Source: Chlorokybus atmophyticus (Eukaryota > Plantae > Mesostigma and Chlorokybus algae). From it: a DNA stretch of 64,000 nt. The stretch's first letter is position 1. Each line of letters starts with the position of its first letter. Made by a program: the position numbers and the translations under genes. The notes beneath the pieces are model-generated. The model was given only the letters and a program-made list of their open reading frames with translations. It ran no database searches and was not told the DNA's origin. This document shows positions 53,311-64,000 of this stretch, one piece after another. Location: assembly GCA_009103225.1 (NCBI GenBank), contig RHPI01001559.1, forward strand, positions 66,274 through 130,273, read 5' to 3'.

Positions 53311-56300
53311 CCTCGGGGACCTTCCACTCAAAGGTGTTGTAGTTGATGGGCGGATGTACAGCTCGCACACCCTTGGGCAGCAACGGAGGCGCCAATGGCA
53401 TCACATCTCGTGTCCACGCATGGCCAACCTTCTCATAAGCTTGTTGATGCCGCTGAGCACGGTGTTGTGCAGCTATCTCCAGCTCTTGTTGCTGAGCTTG
53501 AGCCGCTTGTAGCAGCTCCAGAGGTCTCTCCTCTTCCATGTGGTTGAAGACAACGTCTCCCTTCTCCACATGGTCATGGTACAAGTCGACGCTGTCACCA
53601 AGCCACCCCATAGCTGGTCGCCAACTCGAGCACGCCCACAATGCAGATGCTGAGGTTGGAGCCCTCTCGACAGCCCCTTGCGTGATGCTTAACGGAAAGT
53701 AGGCCTTCTCTCCCCCTCCCGTGCGCCAACGCGGCCGAAAGAACCCTTGCTCGATCCAATTATCAACGCCGTCACCGCTGGGGAACAAGAACTCTTGTCC
53801 GAGCAGCACATCATACCCTCTTGCATCCGTGATGAGGCATCGAACCTTGAATGATGTGGTAGCACCTCCCATTGCAGTCACACGGATCTCCACCGGCTGC
53901 ACGGTGATGCCACGCACCGTCTCAACGGTCCCCGCCGAGGTCTTAATCATGAACGGGCATGTCTCCCACTCCTTGGAGGTAAGTCCTAGGCCTGCCACAG
54001 CTCTGGAACCTAAGATGACAGGTTGTGCGCCTGTATCTACCAAGACAACATCTGGTACAAAGCCGTCCAGGCTGACGTGACCACTCCGGTTGTCTACCAT
54101 AGCCACATTGGGCGAAATCCTCTCTCTCAAGGCCGGCCGAGTGGCGGGAAGCTGTGCCAACATCCCTCCTGCACGCCCCATACCTTCCTCCAGCTTGTCT
54201 CCAAGCTGAGTGAGAGAACTTGACTCTGACGCGTGCCCTCCCGACGCCGCCAGCATTGCCCGCGCAGCCATACGGCCTACTTGCGCCATCATATCTCCTT
54301 GAGACTTGCTTATCTGGTCATGAGACTTTGTGGAGGCACTCTTCATGGTGTCTAGAGCGCTTTGCAACAGCCCTACCACCTGCTCCTTGGTGACTCCAAG
54401 GTCCTCCAAGCGAAGAAGAGGCTGCCCGACCAGCACCGCCGCGACACCCTCCAACGGCGCCGTCAACTCCGAGTTTCCCTCATGGACTTGGGTTGGGGGC
54501 TGTTGGTAAAGCATCTTAGACTCCTGTAGAAGTTTTACACAAACTTGGAGCAGCTCCTCCACTCTCTTGTGCTCACCACCGCTACCGACGCCGACCTCAC
54601 GGCGCGCCGTTGCCGTAGCAGTCGGCTGCACCTTCGCACCTTCCGGACGCGAACTCTCTTGCTCCAACGGGGTTGTTGGCAGCAACTCAAATGACTTTGG
54701 CATGCGGGCAGGTGGTTCACGCATCCTATCATGATCCACACCCTCCTCGTGGACGAGTGCGGCCTCCTCCTCGACCATCCTAGTCAGGGGAGCTGGTGCA
54801 GCCCCGCCGCGCGCCGACGCTCTCGTTGTAGCCGCCGCTGACACCTCCGTGCCTCCGTGGAGCGCACCAAACGCAAGGTAGCTTCCGGAGCTGCTAGGCA
54901 CATCCCTCCCTCCGCTCTCGGGCCACTTCCCTCGCTCGAGCATGCTCTTCAACGATGCATACTCAGATTGCATAGCCGCTAGGGCTCTTGTCACCTCTAA
55001 CATTGAAGGCTCTTCCTTCACACCCGAGTGAGCACCGGTTGCACCTCCTCGTGCTTGTGGACGCAGCTCTGGGTGCTTACTCCAACACTTGGCCTCGACG
55101 TGCCCTCCCTTCTTGCAATGAGAACACACGTCCTTCTTGCCACCCTTCCCACAATTCTTTGCGATGTGACCTTGCTCGCTGCACGACCAGCATTTAGTAC
55201 CCGACACACCTTCCACACTCGCGTTGTTGGCGTGCTTGAGCTGCCCGGACGTGCCACCAGCTGCCTTGCTCGCTGCCACGGGCTTGGAAGAGCTCATCTC
55301 CTCCGACGCTTCAAGCAACTTCAACCCACGACGCTGCCGGTCGATGTTCTTGAGGTACTCATGCTGAATCTCGGCCGTCTCGGCCACCTTGAACACATCC
55401 GCAAGCGTGTACGTACCAAACTCTGACTGAGTGGTCAACATGGTCTCCACCTTCAGCCTCAAGTCCCCCTCAAGTTGTTGAAGGTACACCACCGCCGCGG
55501 TCTGATCCGTCATCACCTTGTAGTCCGTGTCCGTCAAGAGCATACGCTTGTACATCATCCTCGTCATCTCACCGATGTGGTGCTTGATGTAGCTCAGCTC
55601 GCGAACCTTGGCAGGGGTTGATTGTGGGTAAGTCTTCCTCAGAAGCGCCTTGAACTCAGTCACGGGCTGCTCCTTCTTCCACTCCGCCTCAAACTCAGCC
55701 GGTGCACCCACGCGCAACGCCCTCTCTCGCATCTCCAGCTGCTCCTGGAATTCTCTCCACGTGCTCAAGGCTTCATCCTTAAGGTATAGAGGCAGCATCT
55801 TGAAGGCCTTGTGCTCGTCCCACCCCGACTTGTCGCGGTACTCCCATTTGACCATCTCGAAGACGAAGCGGTCGATGAAGTCGCGTAGGTCTGCCGTGCC
55901 GGGCCTCCCACGATGTGCTATCCATGGCTGAAGCTGAGTCAAACATCACCCCACCCTCGTCTTCGAAGTCGGACTCCTCGTCACTCGAAAACTTCACCTC
56001 TTTAGCGACGCCCTCCACCACCGGAGTGATCGCTCTTCTCGGCGCTTTTCTCTTCGAAGCCGCCTTCGTGGGTCTCTCGTGCCAGTCCTCACCAGACCGT
56101 AGGGGCATGAACACGCCTGCTCCTCACTTCAACTGGAGCAAATTCAGATGATGGGTTGAATGCAAGTGAAAGATGCGTGTCTCCTTGCAAAAGAAAGGCA
56201 AGATGACCCCAACTTGACTTGCAATCAGCCGTTTGCTCATGAAACTCAGTCCTCACCCATGCTAAGGCAGCTCATACAGTGCATCAAGGTCGCAACAATG

Positions 56301-56442
56301 ATGCACACTCATTCATGCAAGGCAACCAAGCAAGGCACACGCGCGCACACACGCAAGCATGCACACACGCATGCACTCAGCCAAGAACCTCTTCCCGAAG
56401 GCTTTGCTTGCACTCCAGTGAGCCAACTTGCATTCAACCAAC

Positions 56443-57034
56443 TGTAACACAAGCTAGCTAAGGCTTACATACCACCGTTGAGTCCATGCCCAACCAACGC
56501 CTAACCAACTCTTCAACTTCTAATGACTTACAGGCTGCATCAGCTACATAACAGTCATTATGAGGCCAATAAGTGGTAGTAAATGGATAGCAATGGCTCC
56601 CCAAAGCTTATCCTCTTCAAGACGCATCTTTTGCGTCCATCCCCACGCCAAACCACCACTCCAACTGTCAGTTACATCTGTGACAAGTCATGACTCCAAA
56701 ACAGCTGCGCGGGATACCATACTAACTCGATTACGCCGAGAACTCTGTATCTGGCTATGGATACGCCTCGAATATGCCTCCCACTCGTAAAGGACGACCC
56801 AAACTCGAGTCCCAAGTGAAAACCCAACATAAAGAGCCTCTATGATGGCTCAGGGCTCCAAAGTCATAGGGCCCATGTATGCTGCCAGCCCCGAGGGCAC
56901 CATGCACATGACACTATATGCTCGCGCATGACACAATGGAACCCTCGCAGCTATTGCCCTACGCCTATGCACCTCTTCGCATTACCCTCTTACAGCCATT
57001 CCTACCAAACGCGCCAATGCCGCATTGCGTTACA
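56443..57034 (-). repeat. Candidate 5' LTR (592 bp) of the minus-strand element; no partner LTR found
   Basis: Termini TGTAAC...GTTACA form a perfect 6-bp IR. On the minus strand it is followed by GT and TGGTTGAATGCAAG (PBS position), 335 bp upstream of gag. Confidence 0.55.
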
Positions 57035-57599
57035 CCTTGCACCTGCCTGAGGGGGATCAAGTCGAACCTTAGGCGCTACGCACAGCTACTCGCAAGTGCT
57101 AAGTTAGAGCTGAGCTGTGGGGGGAGGGAGGGGAATGGCTTCATTTGTGCAGCCTTGACAGCAAGCCTGTGCTAAGCATTTATTCAAATATCTGCGTAGA
57201 CTGCATTAACTTCAACCATACTTCAAGTTTAGCTTGAGCGTATACATTGCAGTCGAAATTGATTCATTACTAGCTTGGGGGGTTAAGGTTATTTATTCAT
57301 AGAGAGCTAGCATGGCATCCTTGCACTCGTCCACAAAGGGACTTGCGCAAACCAAACTGGCAGAGGTTGCTACTGCCATTGCTACACAAAGCAACTCACG
57401 CTCTAGGTGCGTGGTAAAACATCAATTCCACCAACTGAGGCTCCTCGTGGAGTAGCCAATCAAGACTCGTCACATCGCCGTCGGCTTGCTCAGGCCATGG
57501 CGGCCCACGTGGCACCCGCACCGGTTTCCTCGCCTGATGTGCCTGGTGATCCTCTTCGTCAGCTGGACCTTTCTACTGCGCATCAAACACCACAACGCC

Positions 57600-58560
57600 G
57601 CCGCAACGGCCTCACTATTTGGAGCTGGTTAGAGGAGTTGAAAACGGCTTGGCGTCATTGCTCGGCGTAGGCCCCAGTCAGCAAATACTTCTATTGTGAC
57701 CCACATCCGCAAGCACAAACAGCAGGGGCACAACACTTGCTTCAGATGCGCAAACGGTTCCCCTGACTAGAGCCATATGCAACTGCAGCCTGCGTGCCCT
57801 GCCTTAGGACATCCGCCTCATCACGGGTGAACACTTACTAGCACTAAAAGGTGTGGACATTGTTATCGCAGGATGGGAATGTCAAGGGCATTCACGAGCT
57901 GGCAAAGGACTCGGCCTACAGGACGCACGCTCCAAGCTGTTTCGGGGGTTAGTACGCATCATATGTACACTTCAGCAACAGCAACCTGACAGGCACCCGG
58001 CATACATTCTTGAGAAAATGTGTGCTCAAGATAACCGGCGTATCAAAGTACGCAAAGATCACGAACAAAATTGCACCGTGCTCGGCACATCTATTGTGAT
58101 CGATGCTGCGGCTCACGGCTCTCGTGCACATCGGTTGCACAGCAAGTAGACAAACCTTGCTAATGTGGAAGATTTAGCAGCAGCACAACATCTGTTAGGT
58201 CTCCTGGCCTACTCGTGCAAGACATACTAGCTGCTGGAGCTACACCTCAACCAGTGCCCCGTCCGGACTACAAACACTTTCATTTATGCAACAAGGTGGG
58301 ACACTCGATGGCTGCCTTGCCAACATTTGTGGCCTACTCAAGCTCACATTCCTTTTTCAACAGCAACATTCATACGGTTTGAGATAGCAATCTCAATTGT
58401 CTTTGTGAACCTTTGGCTACTGAGCGCGAGCTGGCAATGGGTGGTTGGCCTGGTGCCATCACACATGCTGTCAAGCTGGCAGAGCGCAATTGCCGAGAGC
58501 TACTTGGTCGCGCCATGGACAACGTCAGCATGATTTGGTTGCTGAAGACATGCTTGGCCC
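57600..58560 (+). pseudogene. Retrotransposon-encoded C5-cytosine DNA methyltransferase domain (copy 2)
   Basis: Frameshifted ILELVRGVENGLASLL..YFYCDP, AGWECQGHSRAG..DARSKLF, YILEK, DAAAHGSRAHRL, EPLATERELAMG, LLGRAMD; collinear with copy 1. Confidence 0.85.
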
Positions 58561-58964
58561 ACCTACACAGCTATTGGCCACGCCAACCACCCCGGTCAAA
58601 TGCTGGGAGGGGGGGAGAACCTGCAGAATTCAGGGACCTATCATACCTCTCAACGGTCCTTCACGGCGAGCTTGAAGCACTTGAGAAAGCACTTAACATC
58701 CCTCATAGCTACGAACCTGAGCAAGACGGTTGGTGCGTTGGCTGTATGGTCTCCGGCAACGTCGAGGACAAGTTATTGTCCCTACTTGAAAAGCACAAGA
58801 CACAGTTTGCTCATTCACTCAGAGATCAAAGCAAGCGCACCTTTCATAAATTTATTATTGACTTGGACACACTTGGGCCCATCTTCCACAAGCAACACCT
58901 GTTGGCAAAGGTCAAGACGGAGCTTATCGAGACCAGTTGCAAGAAGCTGCTGGACGCATGACTT

Positions 58965-59442
58965 ATTGAGGAAGCAGCACTCAGCACACAGTATGCAGCC
59001 GCCACCGTCATGCCCTTGACGAAGGATGAGCAAGGATATTGGACGCAGCGGCGCATGTGCGGTGACTATTGCAACCTCAACAACACATAGTGCTGAATCG
59101 CTACCACATGCACACCCCTGACGAGATCTTCGACAGCATCGGCACTTGCAAGTACTTTTTGGTGTTGGACATATGCATGCGCTCCGGATTTTATCAGATG
59201 GAGGACAAGGCACTGATTGAGGAAGCAGCACCTAGCACATAGCATGCAGACGCCACCGTCATGCCCTTAAAAAAGGATGAGCAAGGACAGTGGACGCATG
59301 TGTGGCGACCATCGCAACCTCAACAACCACATAGTGCTGGAACGCTACCGCATGTATACCCCTGACGAGATCTTCGACAGCATAGTACATGCAAGTACTT
59401 TTTGATGTTGGACATATGCATGCGCTCCGGATTTCATTAGAT
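58965..59442 (+). repeat. About 250-bp tandem duplication inside the RT of element 2
   Basis: Two copies (58965-59199, 59216-59442), each beginning attgaggaagcagcac and containing cctgacgagatcttcgacagcat and ttggacatatgcatgcgctccggatt. Confidence 0.9.
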
Positions 59443-61790
59443 CGGCAGTAAGGCGGAGGACAAGTGCAAGACCGCTTCACAAGGCAACCGAACATAGTAT
59501 CAGTGGTAGGTTATGCCTTTTGGATTAAAGAATGCACCTGCATTCTTCCAACGCGTGATGAACAGAACTCTTCATGGGCTAGACAACTTTAGATGCTACA
59601 TTGATAACATTCTCACCTTCAGCCACACCGTTGAAGCGCGCCTGCAGCACATGAAAGAGGTGTTGCTTCGACTGAAAAAGCACGAGCTCACGGCACACGT
59701 TAAGAAGTGTACCTTATTGGCTGACAAGATTCCATACCTCGGCCACCTCATCGTCCCGTACGGAGTGATGGTGCAGCGTGCAAAAATGGATGCATTACAA
59801 AAGGTGCCACCACCCACGGACATCTCGCGTCTGCGTGCCTTCCTTGATCTTGCCAATCAATACCATCGGTTCGTGCTTAACTTCTCCAGGTTGGCCAGAA
59901 CCCCTCAATGACCCGCTGAGGAAAGCCCTCACTTGGCATTGGGGAAAAGCCGAGCCACAAGCCTTCAAGGCACTGAAGAGCCACCTACAGTCGGCTCCAA
60001 TCCTGGCGCGCCTTGACTACAGCAAGCCCTTCATAGTCCACATCGATTGGAGTTGGCTTGGGCTAGATGCTGTCCTCTGCCGAAAGAAAAAGTCATTGCG
60101 TCCGCCACTGTGAGCGATAACGCTGCTGGAAGTCAACTACAGCAGCTATGAAGGGGAGCAGCTTGCAGTTGTTTGGGCCATATAAATTTTTTGGCCATTG
60201 CTCTTCAGCTATCAGTTTAAGTTGGTCGCTGACCATCAGCCCCTGTTGTGGCTTCTCACTAGCTACAAACTTGCTGGCAAGCACGCGCATTGGGCATTGC
60301 TGCTGCAAGAATATGACTTCACTATTACTCACATGCTAGGCATTGTCGCCACTGATGGCTTGAGTCGCAACCCCAACCCGACATAGTGGGGATGCCACCG
60401 GCGCCCAATATGACGGCGACACGCCCCGCAAGCACGCCATGTTGGACATAGCAGCCGGCACACGCGCGGAGGTCCGCAACCCAGTGCTCAGGGCCACCAT
60501 ACCCCCTGCAAGAGAAGGAGACATTTGAACAGATGAGCTTACTTTGCAGCTGATTAAGACAGGAGCCATGCTTGCTGGGCTGGATTACAAGGCAACCGAT
60601 TGCGCGCGGCACCGCGCCAAGAACTACACATGAGACGACGATGTCCTTTGGCGCATTATGAACGATGGCCAGCGCAAGGAGGTTCCCCCACCCAACCGTC
60701 AGGTGTCCATTATCGCCAAGTTGGCATGAAGCGCATTGCCAACATGGTGCGTGGAGACTTTTGGTGGGACGGACAGTTTCGCAACGTTGCGGAGGTATTG
60801 AAACATTGTAAGTCCTGAAATCGCATTCGGGCAAGCTTTTTACATCGTCACCCTCAACTGCATCCCTTGCCCATCATGGGGCTTGGTAGCGCTGGAGCAT
60901 GGACCTTGCAGGCAGGAGCTGCCCATCACACGTCGCGGCAACGTATACATACTTGTTGCCATTGAACACTTCAGCAAGTGGGTTGAGCTGATACCTCTAC
61001 CAGACAAGACACCATCCACAATGACGCGGGCGTACTTGGAGCACATTCTCTGCAGATTCGGCGCCTGCGCAGAGCTGCTTACTGACAACGGCACCGAGCT
61101 TTAAGGGGAATTGAACACTTTGCTCTACTGCTCACTCATTGATCATCGCCGCACCATCGGTGATCATCCGCAGGCTGATGGCCCGGCAGAGAGGATGGTG
61201 CAGACAATGAAGAAAGCTTTCTGTTGCTACTGTGTAACCCACCGGCAGGAAGAGTGGGACAACTTTTGGCCTTGGCTCGCGCTACGAAACCGCTGCACGA
61301 GGCAAACTGCCTTGCGTTCCTTTTGCCCATACTTCCTCATGTTTGGGAGGGAACCTCTGCTACCATTTCACATTCGTCACGCAACGCAAGCAGTGGAGGA
61401 TCCCATTAACAAACCCACTCACATGAGCGAGGTGTGAACAGCTCGCGCCACCGCACTCAAAGCCTCTGTGCCCATGGCGTTTGCCAACTCCAAGATTGCG
61501 CACCAACTGGACAAGCGGCGCTACGAACACGTGCGTAGCATGGGGGGCTACATTACACGGATACGCAAGTTCTACATTGGCGACTACGTCCACCGCAAGA
61601 AGTAGACCACCAACACCTAAAACCCTGCCAATTACGGCATTGTGTACAAGGTGGTACAAGTACGCGCACAGGGCACCCTGTCGCTGCGAGATCCCTCCGA
61701 TAAAACGGAAGTTGACCATGTACACAACAGCTTCCCTTGGCATCTGCCATATGTTGACGACCTCGACAAGCCTCGCCACGAGCTCGAAAC

Positions 61791-61955
61791 ATGACATGCA
61801 CCGGCTGCGCCTCAGACCGTCACCCTTTGCTGGAATGTGACATTTGCTGGAAATGCTGGCATGAGACTTGCAATCTTGGCGTCACCCTTGTTGCCACCGA
61901 TCCCAATGGGGCGTCTTCCTCTGCCAGCCAACTGTGGCGCTGTCACAGGTGCTAA
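61791..61955 (+). other. PHD finger (copy 2), intact C4HC3
   Basis: MTCTGCASDRHPLLECDICWKCWHETCNLGVTLVATDPNGASSSASQLWRCHRC*; translated by hand, below the ORF-track length cut-off. Confidence 0.8.
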
Positions 61956-62657
61956 GCTCATCGCGAGGACGCCGATGACCAAGCAAGGGGGGGGGTTTAT
62001 TGAGTAACGACGGCCTCATACCAAGCTTAGGGGGCTACACAGTTTGATTTCCCTTACCACTCTCTCCCTGCACTTACTACTACATCACCACAAGTACCGC
62101 AGCCCTTAGGCTCCTTCACTTCACCCCTCAAGCTGTACCGCAGCACCACTTGCTCTGCGCATTTATACCCCACACAGTATGTTCTCCCTTTGAGACATAC
62201 CCTGCAGTTGACTTACCTACACGACATACTACATATGTAACACCAATTGCATGTCACAGGCCTGGATCACGTAACATTAGTGAGCTTATCATTGAAACAA
62301 CAAGATAACACACGGACCGCGTGTACATCTTGGTAAACTTGGTTGCAATGGTAGGTCACACGGTGTGACGTACCATTACGACAAAGTCTTAAATAATAAT
62401 GATGGTGTCAATTGCGCGCGGGGTAACCCCGTCAGGGTTGCAAATATCGCAATACTTGAAGTAGTACTTATTCAAAAAGACCAATCAATGTATCATGCAT
62501 GACGCTGCATTATGCAGCCTGCACATTCAATGCCAACAAGGTTGGAACAGCAATCCCATTGATAGGTGGGTCATTGCACTACAGGCAATGACCGCCAACC
62601 TTGGCATCATCCACACTGCACGCGCAATGCAAGCACCACATGGCAATTATGCTATTG

Positions 62658-64000
<1,343 letters not shown>

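Larger units (their letters stand above)
48986..57034 (-). mobile_element. Ty3/gypsy LTR retrotransposon, gag-(2xCCHC)-protease-DNMT-RT-RNaseH-integrase-PHD; near complete, with several stops and frameshifts
   Basis: gag start MPLRSG (56108); CWSCSEQGHIAKNC and CSHCKKGGHVEAKC; VDTGA; RRMCGDYRPLN, MPFGLKNAP, YIDDILVFS; ILHTDWS, YEGECLA; HEKMGHFG..C..C, LTDQG..F, HPQADGLAE. RT-RH-INT order indicates Ty3/gypsy. Confidence 0.95.
57400..61995 (+). mobile_element. Second, more decayed Ty3/gypsy element: DNMT-RT-RNaseH-integrase-PHD-PPT
   Basis: DIVIAGWECQGHSRAG (57868-57885), RRMCGDY, MPFGLKNAPAFFQ, YIDN, VHIDWS, YEGEQLA, IEHFSKWVE, LTDNGTE, HPQADGPAE; PHD 61791-61955; PPT aagcaaggggggggg 61981-61995. 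Confidence 0.92.

Noticed and set aside
49076-59620. RIP-like CpA-to-TpA bias in TE lesions (CAG to TAG, TGG to TAG, TGT to TAT, TCA to TTA)
   Set aside because: Few cases, ancestral states are guessed, and stop-creating changes are forced into CpA context; a consensus-based mutation spectrum is needed.
62001-62330. 3' LTR of the + strand element
   Set aside because: It follows a PPT, but no matching 5' copy or clear TG...CA boundary could be fixed.

Overview
Eukaryotic, intron-rich nuclear DNA of the green lineage (roughly 50% GC by eye, short GT-AG introns rich in TG/CA, six N-gaps). Land-plant-like MKK3, NDUFB11 and CBSX3 sequences suggest a streptophyte alga (inference). Bases 1-40 kb hold ten host genes: a secreted His-brace LPMO (AA15-like) with two Cys-rich modules, a mitochondrial CBS protein, IND1/NUBPL, an F-box protein, an RKD-type RWP-RK factor, MKK3 (kinase+NTF2), NDUFB11, an EEF1AKMT4-like methyltransferase, a CAP59/GT69 glycosyltransferase and an SMP-domain protein. 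Bases 41.5-62.3 kb are a retroelement cluster. Its centre is two oppositely oriented, decayed Ty3/gypsy elements whose polyprotein carries a C5-cytosine DNA methyltransferase between protease and RT and a PHD finger after integrase. Both DNMT copies have an unusual GWECQ catalytic motif. A U2AF65-like gene runs off the right edge. All product calls come from motif recognition by eye; no database searches were run.
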